Origin: Podospora anserina
Taxonomy: Eukaryota
Length of the DNA stretch: 64,000 nt
Reading direction: 5' to 3'
NCBI GenBank assembly: GCA_017654855.1
Contig: CM030336.1
Span: 1,984,001 to 2,048,000 of the forward strand
This document shows positions 25,722 to 37,916 of the stretch, piece after piece. Position numbers and translations under genes: made by a program. The notes under the pieces were generated by a model. That model made no database searches. It was given only the letters and a program-made list of their open reading frames with translations, and had not been told where the DNA came from. How positions within the stretch are numbered: the first letter of the stretch is position 1; every line of letters begins with the position of its first letter.

Positions 25722-26714
25722 CTACAAACTACGGAGTGCGAAGACTCTGTTGTTCACTGCCTTCTGCGTCACAGGGCACTCATGGCTCAACCACTCCCAA
25801 GCATGGGGCACGCCTGGATAGAGATGGAACTCGACGTCCACCTTGCCCGCGAGCAGCTTGGCGCCAAAGGCATTCACCTCGTCCTTGAACAAGTCCAACC
25901 CTCCAACATCAAGATAAGTCGGCGGCAACCCAGACAGATCCTCAGCCCTTGCCGGCGCTGCATACACGCTCGCGTCAGGACTACTCACAGTTCTGGCACC
26001 GGCACCGCCCAAATAAGCCTGCCAGCCGATTTCGTTCTTTTTGTTTGTCCATGTCAGGTACTCGTTCAGCGGATGGTCCTCCCCGATGCGCGTTCTGTCA
26101 TCGAGCATGGGGTATATCAACACCAGCTTCCTGATGGCGGGCACAAACTTCTTATCGCGAGCCTCGAGTGCCAAGCCAGCGGCCAGACCACCCCCGGCGC
26201 TGATTCCCATAACACCAATTCTCTTTGGATCGATGTTCTGTTCTTGTGCATTGTCGCGGAGGAACTCCAAGGCAGCGTAGGCATCTTCCAGCGGTTTTGG
26301 GAAAGGGGCCTCGGGAGAGAGCCGATAAGCGGGAGCATAGAAGGTCAGCCTTGTCTCGGCCGCATAGCGGATGATGTCTTTTCTGAAGGATGTAACCGAG
26401 CCGGAGACAAAGCCACCTCCATGGAGATAGAGGACGCAAGGACGTCCAGCTGGTGCCGGAGTTGATGAAGATGCTGGGGGGTCGAAGCGGTGGAGTTTGA
26501 GCTCAGTGCCGTCGGCCGACTTGTATGAGAGTTCTGTTTCGGCAACTCTGCTTCTCGCCGGGCAGGGGAAGAGGCTCATGACGGTGTTGATCATGAAATC
26601 ATTCTGTTTGCGGAGTGATTCAGCGTCAGTTGGGACGGGTGGGACATATGATGCATAGGGTGCTATGGCCCTGGCATAGTCGGCGTCAAGACGGAGCTTT
26701 TGGTCGGAAGACAT
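25722..26714 (-). CDS. HSL-family esterase/lipase (Abhydrolase_3)
   Basis: LYLHGGGF, YRLSPE, GISAGG, YPMLDDR, LPPTY, DLF, GVPHAW; intronless. Confidence 0.92.
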   Translation of the reverse strand: MSSDQKLRLDADYARAIAPYASYVPPVPTDAESLRKQNDFMINTVMSLFPCPARSRVAETELSYKSADGTELKLHRFDPPASSSTPAPAGRPCVLYLHGGGFVSGSVTSFRKDIIRYAAETRLTFYAPAYRLSPEAPFPKPLEDAYAALEFLRDNAQEQNIDPKRIGVMGISAGGGLAAGLALEARDKKFVPAIRKLVLIYPMLDDRTRIGEDHPLNEYLTWTNKKNEIGWQAYLGGAGARTVSSPDASVYAAPARAEDLSGLPPTYLDVGGLDLFKDEVNAFGAKLLAGKVDVEFHLYPGVPHAWEWLSHECPVTQKAVNNRVFALRSL

Positions 26715-27444
26715 GTTGGAGATGTTTGGCTTCTGGAGGAGAAGGTACTTTTCAGAAATAAGAGCGATGTTCATCTCCTACTTTCAACCTATATATGCAT
26801 ATATTCCTCTCACCTCCGCGGACCATAACACGCGTACGAACCGAGACAAAACCGGACCGGGCCGTTTTGCAAGGACCGAGCGTTGGTCTTTCCCTGGGTT
26901 TTAGGGCTGCGGAATTCTCAGCATTGGCGACCGTTGGCACACCGTTACAAACGGCTCGTGCTTTAGGGCGAAAGGCAAACTTCAAGTTCCTGAGCACGTT
27001 TTGTTCGGAGCATTCCCCGGGTCGTGTCTTGGGCCGATGCCCCGATGGCGACTGCCGGCTGGTCTAGAGCTGGGTGGAAGCTTGCAAGGCATGAGGTCTG
27101 AGTGCGATGGAATTTGGGAATGCCGAGGGGGCGCTGTTTGTGCGTTTTACTTGGACTCTTTTCTTGAAACACACCATGAGGCAATGATAATGATTTACGT
27201 AAATACCTTTACACTTTGCCGCAGATTTGAGCCAGTCCTTGAAGTGGGTGTCACTTAGGGGCCATGTCGGTTAGGGTTGTAAAGTATCAGAGGCAGGCAT
27301 CACCAGATCTCTCCTTGTCTCTCAACATCAAGTCAACAAAGCAAAATCACGTTTCATTCTCTCTTCGCCGTTCAACTTTCTAGAACTAATAACTCCCATG
27401 ATGGTACACCACTCCCTCATCTCCTGCTTCCCGGGGGGGGCCTT

Positions 27445-28659
27445 TTAGCTGGCAGCAGTCTGGCCGGGCATAGCCTTGATCCCTGTTGTTGAAGACACTC
27501 CAGTCAGCTTTTCATCTTCACCAAACATAAAATCATGACAGCAAAACTCACAGTTATCACCGGTATCCTCATTCACAATCTTCTTGATGGTGCACCTGTT
27601 CATCGCGGCGACATTCTGCGACTTGAGCGGCCGGCCGTTTTCGCACGCGTTGAACATGCACGAGTGGTCCATGGCTCTCTGGAGGGAGTCGCCCTTCCAG
27701 CCGAAGAGGTAGTCGGCGTGGGTGCCGTAGCCCTTGGAGTCGGTGTAGGAGAGGGTGAAGGGGTTGGCGCCGCCAGAGGGCCACATGCTGTTGAACTGAG
27801 TCGTGTCCCAGAGGGTCTCGTAGGCGACCTGGGGCATGCGGACGGGGTGGGAGGCGGGGCAGGGGCCGGCATTTTGGAAGGCTTCCTTGCCGGTGTTGTA
27901 CATGTGTGATTGGTGGTCGGGGGAGTCGACGTTTTTGCCGTCCCAGCAGCTGGTGAGGGGGGGGGGGGTTAGCGGTTGGTTAGGTAGGGGAGAAGGGGGG
28001 GGAATAAGGGTGTGGCTTTACGCTGGGAAATGGTGGACTGTCATGATGCCGCCTCTGCAGGGCTTGGTTGGGAAGTCGGAGAGCTCGGGGAAGCGGGTGC
28101 CCTTGTTCTCGAGGCATACGAACTTGAGGCCGACGTTGGCGCGGGAGCCGCTGAGGGAGGTGGTGGTTGGGTTGCCGACGACCATGCGGAATCCCTGTAG
28201 TCACACGGTTAGTATTGCTCCCTTCCAGGCTCATGTGGCCGGCAAAGGTCTGGTACTTACGGGCGGGAACGACGTGATCTTGACATTGCCGTTCGAGTTG
28301 AAGTCCTGCTGGGTGTAATAGACGGTCATACCACCGTTGATGCCGTTGGGCAGGGCTGTGTTCTGCATGATGGGGACACGCTTGTAGGTGCCGTTGGGGT
28401 GCTTGAAGAACATGACGGCGGTCCAGTAGTTGGAAAAGTCCTCGCTAAATGTGCAGGTCGTGCAAGTTCCCTGCTCACCAATGTCACCGCTCATCGAGGC
28501 GTTGAAGGCATCACCACCGACGATTTGGTGAAGATGAGCTGAAGGAAGCGCGCCAGGCTCAACGAGGGGGTCGAGACGCTGGATGGTCAAGGTCGAGCAT
28601 CCGAAGCGCAATGCAGCCTGGGAGGGCGCGATGAGCGCAGAAAGAGCGAGCCACTTCAT
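27445..28659 (-). CDS. Secreted DUF1996-domain protein, multi-exon
   Basis: Signal MKWLALSALIAPSQA, RLDPLV.PG...HLHQIVGG, CTTC.F.EDFSNYW, FP.CWDG, CPASHPVR.PQ, HADY.FGW. Confidence 0.88.
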
Positions 28660-31182
28660 GGTTTTTTTTTCCTTGCCTATTGTCTTTGCCACGAGAAAAT
28701 AAAACACAAGGAGCAGGAGTAGGGACCGTTGCTGGACAGAACAGAGCCAGAAGAACACCGGTATCCGGGGTACCTCGATGCGGGCATATATACCTACATA
28801 CACTCGCTCGCCTGGCGAAGCTCTTGCCTCTTTTGCAGTTTCTCTATACTACATTGGTTTTTTTTGAGCCGTGTCGTGCCGTGATAAGAGGTGCCGTCCT
28901 CTGGTATATCCAGGATCGTCTATTAGATGCTAAATTCTGTATTTGCCCGTTCATCTATTTAAAATGCGGGGGTGACAGTGCCCTTGACCCTTGACAACCG
29001 CGCCGGCAATTCAACCCATACCAATCAACGACGCCTCAACTCCAGAAACACTATCCGGGTTCCGAACCTGGAGGTGTGTTCATCACTCCGCCGGCCAGTG
29101 AGGTGAGTGATGGAAAGGGTGTTGAAGCCCAATTTGATCTACCACGTTGCTGTCGTCGGCTTTTGCCACGGCACAGCCAACTCCTTTTTGGGCGACTGAC
29201 ATCTGCCGATGGTGTTGCCCTTCAAGGAAGAGGTCTTGTTATAGCAGCTTCGGACCAACCGAGAGCCGTGGCGGACGAGATGTTTATATTTTCTTTGATC
29301 ATGCTGTTTGTTTCGATTGGTTGTCGTTTCCTGCGTGTCGCTACCGTGATCATGATCCGGGACGGCTGCCAAGCTTTTCCCTGAACCCAGATACTGGGCA
29401 GGTTTTTGTGTCGTGGTCGGCAAAAGCAGAGATGGGTTTATGGGGGCTTTAAGCTTTTTGCTTGATCAGCGTGGCTGTTGGCCTGCAGAGTAATACGGCC
29501 AGACCGTTGAGCGATCTTTTTACTGATGGATCTTGGCTGGACTCGACAGGATGCATGCAATCTCGCCATAGTTATTTATTTGTAATTCGTTGTGCTTTGG
29601 CACCCGATTGGCAGGTAGGTAAGGTAGGCACTCTTTCTCTTCAAGGCTGGCGGCTTCTTTGTTCATCAACCTTTCTTACGGTAAATCAAGACCAACCATG
29701 TTGCCCCCGTGAGAGTGCACGGTCCAAACAAGTTGTGTTTTGTTTTTGTTGTTTTAGTCAGGGGTTCAGGGGTAACAATAGCATCATGTACTTGTAAAGT
29801 TGTACATGCTCTCAAGACGATGGGTTGACGGTAAATCAGGCCTACTTGCCTCTAGACATGGATGAGTAGGGCATGAGGTTTGCATTTTTGCTCTGGATAA
29901 AGTCCAGCCTTCGCTGCTTCGATGTATTTCACAAGTCGCAAGCGAGCGATATTCGATGCCTTGACACATGTGAAAACTGCAAAGACCTTCCAACACTCAC
30001 CGATATCAATCATTGATTCCAAGTGTGTCTGTCATACGGTCAACACACGTTGTGGGGGCGAATCAGAGCAATTTTCAAGGCAGATGCCGGCTGGCAGACT
30101 GTCGACTGGATTGATTGTTAAGCACCCAATTGATCACATTTGAAAACAGAATTATTCAAGCTGTAATCAGCAAAACTAAGACAGATACGGCCAACACTTC
30201 CTGACTCTGTTCGCGGCAGGCAAAACAGGTGGAGAGGAAGAGGAGACTCACCAGCGATAAGATATGGATTATGGAAATGCTGGAAGGCGGGGAGATAAGC
30301 AACTTTTTTGACATCGTGAAAGGAGCGGGCGGCCAAGAAGTGGGAGAGGAGACCCCGCATTGCACCACATCCCGGTTTCTTTGCCCATTTCGGACCTTAT
30401 CTCTTCACTTGGTGCTCGAATTATCGAATGGCCTAGTCACAAGTTCACGACACCGATAGGACATGTTTCCCCGTGTCTTTTTCTTTTCCACACCGATCCG
30501 GGCATCGCTGGGGCCGAGTGACGTTGGTTCGGGAAGCTGGATGCCGAGCGAGCGCAACCGAGCTCGGATTTCGGGCCTGCGATATGGGCTTTGGTGATGC
30601 TGTCTCCAACGACCCCACTGCCAACGACATTCCCGGATGACACCCAGGACTCACGTCAGATACCACCTCAGGCAGTCAACGGTGTATCTTCAATGCTATC
30701 GAGTGTTTATTTGTCGAATGATGATTTCTTTCTCCGTTCTGTCGGCCGAGTATGCTAATTGCCGGCGCAGAGGTTCATGTGGATTGCCACGCTGGATCGC
30801 GACTTTAGTGAAAGGCTTCTTTGCGTAGCCAGGTCGCTAACGTGGGGTTGGGACCAACCGTCGCTATGCAGTCAGCCACTCAACGGTGAGCATCCTTGAT
30901 GTGCGGGGCTATGTTCCTGCAGCAGGGGTCTTTGAAGGCTGCCAACCACCATGCTTCTATTGGAGGATTCCGGGTGGATGTAAGGGACGATATCTGGGAG
31001 AGCTCCGATAAGAGCTTCAGTCAATTGGGGTTACGATGGATATGGCCATGACGGATCTGGGTGGGAGAGGGTGAGAAAGATATCATAAAAGGTGTCTTCC
31101 CCGGTCGTGACCAGCATGGGATTTTGTCCCTAGACCTTCAAGCTCCTTTCAGTCTTTCTGCCCACCGGAGAAAGCATCAATC

Positions 31183-33709
31183 ATGGGTTTCTTCGACAGC
31201 CTGAGCCCTCGGGCCGTGGCTACCTCTGCCCTCCTCCTCACCTCCTTCGCCCAAGATGCCCTCGCTCGCCCCAACCCCGACCCCAAGGCTCCTTGGGTGA
31301 AGAACACTGGCTTGGGCAAGAAGAAGATGGCCAACCACCTCAAACGTGCCATCATGGGCGACAGGAGAGCTGTCGAGACGCCCTTCTGCTCCGAGACATT
31401 GGCCACCGAGATCAAGGCCCCCAAGCCGAACGTTTGGGGCCCTCTGGTGGACGTCGAGGTTGCTTCTGTTGTTGAGTGGCTTTTCGCCCAGGCCGATCTC
31501 AACCTGACCGTCACGGAAGAAGCGGGTGGATGGGATAACACCATGTAAGAACCGACTGCGCTACAGCAAGCTGGTGGTGGTTCGTACTGACACATATCTG
31601 CGCAGTCAACTTGTCGAAGCCATGTGGCCAAACAAGACTGATGTTCTTGCCTTCGTGGATGGCGATGGCCCTGCGCCGACCAAGTACGCCCACGTTGTTC
31701 TCAACAACCGTGCGACGGAAACCCCCCATTACGCTGATATCATCGTTGGACCCTTGCCCCTTGACAATGCTACTGCCAAGTGGGAGCCCCTCGAGTATCC
31801 CTACACGAAACAGAACGGTGGCAAGGTGCGCAACCTCGATGCCGATTCCGACCGCCTCTACTCGGAGTGGCTCTTCAAGATCGGTGCCTCTGTCGCCGAC
31901 ATCACGCTCGATCTCTGGAACGGCACGGCCATGGGCTTGGAGAACGACACCCTCTCCATCTGGGGCATTGACCCTCTCTGGCAGGATGACGGCGAAATCA
32001 TCCGCTGGGACACCTTCTGGAACATCCCTACTGGCGACTTTGATGACATGACTCTCTTTCCTCTTGGCCTCTACTTCAGTAGCGAAGTCAGCGGCAGAGA
32101 CCCCAGCAAGTGGGAGCTTCGTGGGTGGCTGTACAACAGCGTTTTCTATGCCACTACTGAGGAGTTCCGTGCTGCCTACTGGTCTGAGGACTTCGTCAAG
32201 AACGGGCCCAACGTCGATGGCGACTGGGCTAGAACTGACAAGAACGGAGAAACCCCTGAGATGGACAAGGCCCAGGGCCCCGTCATTGTTGCTCCCGCTG
32301 GCGCTCGTTTTGCCGTTGACCACAAGGAGAAGTACGTCGAGTGGATGGACTGGAGCTTCTATGTCGGCTTCAACCGCGACACTGGTCCTGGTCTTTTCGA
32401 CATCCGCTATAAGGGCGAGAGACTCGTCTATGAGCTGTCCCTCCAGGAGGCTTTGGCTCACTATGCTGGCAACGACCCCATGAACTCCGGCACCGCTTAC
32501 CTCGACAGCTTCTACGGCTTCGGTCCTTATACCTTTGAGCTTGTCAAGGGATACGACTGCCCTGCCTACGCCACTTATATGAACACCTCGTTCTACGTCA
32601 ATGAGGAGACTCGCACCCACATCGACAGCCTCTGCTTGTTCGAGTACGTGGCCGACTACCCGATGCAGAGACACACCACCTCGGACTACGTCTCGGTCAC
32701 CAAGAACACCTACTTTGTGATCAGATCCATTGCCACCATTGGCAACTACGATTACCAGCAGTCCTTCTCCTTCTTCATGGATGGTTCTTTCGCCGTCGAG
32801 GTTCGCGCTTCTGGCTACATCCAGAGCGCCTACTTTGCTGGCAATGAGGACTACGGCTTCAAGATCCACGACAACCTCAGTGGTTCCATGCACGATCACG
32901 TTCTCAACTTCAAGGCCGATTTCGATGTTCTGGGCACCAACAACTCCATCGAGCTCATGAGCATGGTCCCAGTTTCCAGGTCCTACCCCTGGTCTGCTGG
33001 GAAGGTCCGCAACACCATGGCCCTTGAGCGCAAGTTCATCGAGACCGAGGATGAGTCCCGCTTCAACTGGGGCCCCAACTCGGCCACTCAGGTCTTGATC
33101 GTCAACGAGAACGAGAGGAACAAGCACGGTGAGATGCGCGGCTACCGTGTGCTCCCTTACATGGGCACTGCTCACTTGACTGTCCAGAACAGCACCAACT
33201 TGGGCGTCGCTGCTCAGTGGGCCAACCACGACGTCCAGATCACCAAGTACAAGGATTCTGAGCAGAAGGCTTACCACGCCTTCAACACGCAGGATGTCCA
33301 TGATCCTCCCGTCAACTTTGACAAGTACTTTGATGGAGAATCCGTCCGCAACGAGGACATTGTCCTGTGGCTGAACCTGGGCATGCACCACGTCCCCCAC
33401 ACGGGTGATCTCCCCAACACGGTGCAGACCACTGCCCACTCAGGCATCCAGTTCATGCCGTCCAACTACTTTGACATTGACCAGAGCAGACGCACTGTCA
33501 ACCAGGTCCGCATCAACTACTTCAACGGCAGCGCCGAGGTGGAGGAGTTTGGCCAGTTCAAGGTCGGCAGCTCCGAGGGCACTTGCAGCACCTGCAAGCT
33601 CAACTACACTCCTCTGGAGCCCGAGCACCAGGGCTACAAGGGCGATGTTGTCATTCGCAAGTTCCCCTTTGACCCCAACAACCCGTTCTATGCCACTTCT
33701 GGCATCTAA
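31183..33709 (+). CDS. Secreted copper amine oxidase (TPQ-dependent)
   Basis: Signal peptide, TIGNYDY topaquinone motif, HDH and MHH copper ligands. Intron ~31545-31605. Confidence 0.93.
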
Positions 33710-34226
33710 GATGGGAGTGATGATCTGACATGATTATGATTTATGCGGAGATGAATGCCAGGGAAGTTGGTAGTTGATAGAGATACCTTATGATTAGATG
33801 TAGATGGCTGGCATGTTCAGGGCATGATGTAATGTGGTGGATGGTGTTTGTATGCTTTGGATAGTGCTTTGATGAATACAAATGAAGAAGAATTTGAATA
33901 TCTGTATCATGTGTCTTGGGCTGCTTTGTGAAAAGTGAGGAAATACCTTGACTCCGGTGTGCTAGCTGCAAAAAAGGTTATGTACTTGAGATGTGGATCT
34001 CGCAATTGCATAAAGCGCACAATTCCAACTTATGCAATGCGCCCAGGCCATATCTCGGGCTGACACACCCCACACAGCACTTGGGCACCACCTGTTCAAC
34101 CTCAGCTCACTCGTGACTCCCGCCCTCAACTGCTCAGATACACAAACGCAAATTATTCCGAATCTAAAACCGTTATCCATCACACCACCATTTACCTGCT
34201 CAATTTCACCATCGTTCACCTCAGCC

Positions 34227-35099
34227 ATGACCCAGATCACTCGCCATCATAGCTTCCCCACCCGCGCACCTTCCAGTCAAGCCACGGATGTTGAAGATTT
34301 GATCCAAGTCGAGCCTATACCTATCGGAGATGACCCGCTTCCTCCTTACTCTCTCAACAATGATCACCCATCTTCCCGTGACACTGCCCTGCCTCGGTCC
34401 GACCCAAAAGCCCCTCAAGTGTCCGTCCAGCCACCACGAGAAGAGGTCTACAACGGTCCACCCCGGCTGCATATCCTCGCGGCTGCCTGGGGAGGCGTGA
34501 TTGTGACGCCTACTATCAAATCCCTCATCCGGACCAGTCCTCCACCTCCTCATGGCGTTGGCTGTCAGATTCTACAGCTCGAGATGCGCAATATGCACAG
34601 TCTCCTCCAGCCAGACCCAGCTTCCGGCACCTACAAGGTTTTGAGTCTCGTATACCGATACGATGGCGACGAATATCCGACCGTTATGAATCTGCCCGAG
34701 ACGATTCGCCCATCCCTTATCACCATCGCCAAACCCTCTGCCGTATCGCAACTCGGTGGTGCCAACATTGGCAACGGTGGCTACCGAGCTACCATAACAC
34801 AGCCGTGGCGGTCCATCACCTCATCCTCGTCTTCATCAGGTCCTAAGGTGGAGATTTTGGCTGTCTTTTACGGCAAGAAGCGCATCGAACATCCGGCCGT
34901 GCTGGAGGAGCTAGCAAACTACTTTGAGGGCCGTACGAGGCAGATACGGATGACCAACACATTCTTCCGCGGCGACACGTGGCCGTACACGATAAAATCC
35001 TGGACCGTGTACTTTCGCTTTGTGGGTTCCAGGGCGGGCGTGCAGGTGGTTACGGGGTGGGAAAATCAGGCTCTTGAGCAACCGTGGACTCGAGACTGA
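34227..35099 (+). CDS. Hypothetical protein with a PPPY motif and two internal repeats resembling DUF3395/SUEL-lectin-like modules
   Basis: Intronless 290-aa ORF. The repeats are LHILAAAWGG...DPASGTYKVLSLVYRY and VEILAVFYG...FFRGDTWPYTIKSWTVYFRF. Confidence 0.65.
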   Translation: MTQITRHHSFPTRAPSSQATDVEDLIQVEPIPIGDDPLPPYSLNNDHPSSRDTALPRSDPKAPQVSVQPPREEVYNGPPRLHILAAAWGGVIVTPTIKSLIRTSPPPPHGVGCQILQLEMRNMHSLLQPDPASGTYKVLSLVYRYDGDEYPTVMNLPETIRPSLITIAKPSAVSQLGGANIGNGGYRATITQPWRSITSSSSSSGPKVEILAVFYGKKRIEHPAVLEELANYFEGRTRQIRMTNTFFRGDTWPYTIKSWTVYFRFVGSRAGVQVVTGWENQALEQPWTRD

Positions 35100-35345
35100 T
35101 GACACTGTCCCACCCCACAGATGGAGTTGATGCCTTGTGTATCCGGCAGTAATGGGTAGGTTTGCTTGTTTGTGTCACTGGGCTTCGATTTGTGTCAAGA
35201 CTCCTTGGAGAGGATGACGTGGGTAGGGGCAAACATGTCATGCCTCTCTCTACCCGTTTGATTCCAGCGGTATAAGTGGATTGAATACTTGGAAACATGG
35301 ATGAATGATTTCTTGAGAAGCCAGTCTCACACGTAATCTGGCAGG

Positions 35346-35816
35346 ATGGCATTATCAGTGTTCACTTTGGTTTTGTTGTTTCTCTTTTCCAGTCAGGCAA
35401 ACGCACAGCATAGAAGATGGGAGCCATCGACGTTTTACAAAGCCACCCGTCCACCGCTTACTATACCGTATTATAACAAGACCTACGCTTGCTTTCTGGC
35501 GACAGCAGAGGCAACAACGACATCAACAAAAATACCAGCAACAAGAGTCTCGGTCATTCCCATCGATCCTATCTGGACAACCCTTCCGATTGCGAGCTTG
35601 ACAGGTGATCCTTTTTGCATCAACGAAGCGGCACCTCATGAAGGGATCGGGAATCATTGCGTTTGTCAGAACGGGGAGACTTTGAGCGTTATTCCGTTCG
35701 CGACGGGGGGTAATGTTTCGGATTATCAACCCTGCGCCTACACGACCGTCTACCCGGATACAACAACATCAACCCTCAGCCAGACTCTGATCACTTGTAC
35801 AATGAGTATTCTATAG
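35346..35816 (+). CDS. Small secreted Cys/Thr-rich protein
   Basis: Hydrophobic signal peptide ending ANA, Thr-rich linker, Cys module FCINE...HCVCQNG...QPCAYTT. Confidence 0.6.
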   Translation: MALSVFTLVLLFLFSSQANAQHRRWEPSTFYKATRPPLTIPYYNKTYACFLATAEATTTSTKIPATRVSVIPIDPIWTTLPIASLTGDPFCINEAAPHEGIGNHCVCQNGETLSVIPFATGGNVSDYQPCAYTTVYPDTTTSTLSQTLITCTMSIL

Positions 35817-35903
35817 ATGAAGGATGGCGAGGGGAGGATTGTTGGGAATCGGGAATCTGTATTATTATTCTTTTCTTTCATGTTCACATCAGAAAAACAT
35901 AGT

Positions 35904-37411
35904 CTACAGATGATAATCTCTCTGGCTGGTCACCTTTGGCCCTCTTCGGCCCCATACCTCCTCGATGTTCATGTCTTCCCTGCCGCTGTGTTGGTCTGTT
36001 AGCAACCGTCTTTCTATCTATTTGACCGCCATGAAGGGAAAGAGACCTACTCATCCTTGAGGTTGATATATGGCTCCGTTACCCCTTTTGCCGTGTCGGG
36101 GTTTCTGAAGATGACGTTTTTGGTCTGTTGTAATCACTTTTGCGTCAGTCACATGCTCCCACATTTTTCCTTTTTGCTGTGTCGAAAAAGACTCACCAGC
36201 CCCAAAGTAAGATGAATCCCAGCCGGCGCAACCTCCAACTGTTCCTCCGCCTCTTCCCCCCTGATCAAAGCAGTGATGTTCCTCGCAGCAACACCAGCCT
36301 GCACCATCCCCGGCTTTGCGGCCTTGTGAGCCCCGCAGTCGTTGATATCACCCACGGCGAAGAGGTTTTCCCACGGGCCACCGTCGATCTGCATTGTTGG
36401 TTTGACTTTGACGAATCCATTCTTTTTGTTGATCACATCATTTCCAAGTGAGGATCGCAACCACTGGTTATTTGGCGTTTGGCCCGTCGCGGTGATGACG
36501 AAATCAGCGGTTAGGGTCCGCCCGTCTTGGAGGTGGACGTCTGTTGGTTGAGCTGTGAGGGGGAAGCCACGCTCAGGGATGACGACCCTGCTTTCGGTGA
36601 TGAGGTTGACGCCTAATTCAGCAAAGCGAGACTTGATTAAGTCGGAGAGGGACGGGTGGTAGGCTGGCATTAGGTTATGTCGGGAGTGGATCAGGGTTAT
36701 GGGTTTGTGGGGGTAGATTTCTTTGAGATCGCACGCCATCTGGACTCCTACTGCGCCGCCGCCGATGATGATGATGGAGGGGGCGGTGCGGAGGGAGGAT
36801 TGGTAGGATTGGAAGAAGGTGATGGCGCGGGGTTTGGTGTTGTGGGGGATCGTGCCGGGGGGAGAGAGGTTGGTGCCGGTGGCGGCGATGAGGTGGGTGA
36901 AGGGGACGGTGGTGGAGCCTTGAAAGGGGGTGTCGAGGTGGAGGGTGGAGGTGGTGGGGGAGAGGGAGAGGGCTTTGGCTTGGATGACCTCGTGGCGGGA
37001 GGGGTCGGGGGAGAGGGAGAAGGTGGTGGTGTAGGGGATTAGGCATTTGTGTTCGTGGGAGGGGAGGATGGCGAAGCGAGGCTGGGAGGGAGGGTTAGCT
37101 GGGGAGAGGAAAGGGGGGTGGGAATGGGTGAGGCACGTACAAAGGCGAATAGATGGTGGAAGTGGGTGTGGGGTTCGATGAGGAGGACCTTTAGAAATGT
37201 TAGTAATAGGGTCGTCGCAACTAGAGATAGGGTTGTCCTTACACGGTGAGAGGAGGGAAGGAGGTTGGCTAGTTCTTTTGCCGTTGCCTGGTCAAAACAA
37301 AAGGGGGAGGTCAGCGATGGTGCCCCTGAATGGACCCTAACCCTGAACAAAACTGACCACTCCGACGTAGGAGCCGCCGACAACGACAACATTCTTAAAC
37401 GCTTGTGTCAT
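35904..37411 (-). CDS. Second AIF/AMID/FSP1-like FAD oxidoreductase, six exons
   Basis: Spliced start MTQAFKNVVVVGGSYVGV-ATAKELAN...LLIEPHTHFHHLFAFPRFA, then IIGGGAVGVQMA, ATGQTPN, FAVGD. Last exon ends QRDYHL*. Confidence 0.85.
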
Positions 37412-37916
37412 GTTTGCTGTGCTTTATTTCAAAGTCTTGATTGTTTTCTCGACTTTGTAAGAGAAAAAAGCTGACGATCTGTGCGATGTTGTTTCAGGAT
37501 GTGGCTGTGGATTTGATGCAAGTGGACCTGGGAAGCTGTGGGCTAATAATCTGATTGAATCTTTTAGTCTGAAAGTTGGGACAGTCGCGAGGAAGTATCA
37601 ATTTTATGGAAACGAGCTCAAGCTAGGATTCTACTCTATTATTAAAATACGGCCTGCGCTTTCAAGCATTGATCCCTTCCTTCAAGTCTCATGATGGACT
37701 GCGGCAAACAAGGGTGGGGACCGGCTTCGGCTTCGGGTTTATCATGGGTTAACTATTCACCGCAACAAAGTCCTCCAGTCAACGTTTGTTTCTCATAACT
37801 AGCAATTGAGTCAAGATTTTGCAACTACATTCTTGTAAAATAGCTGCCGTTCCATCAGACGTCCCTCCTTGACTCATGGACCCATTATGTTGCCCGGCCC
37901 CCCGCTGACAGGAGAC

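Noticed and set aside
31511..33439. 642-aa antisense ORF over the amine oxidase (likewise 17225..18763, 7722..8912, 12575..13543, 43610..44494)
   Set aside because: Shadow ORFs caused by strong codon bias on the coding strand; no recognisable motifs.
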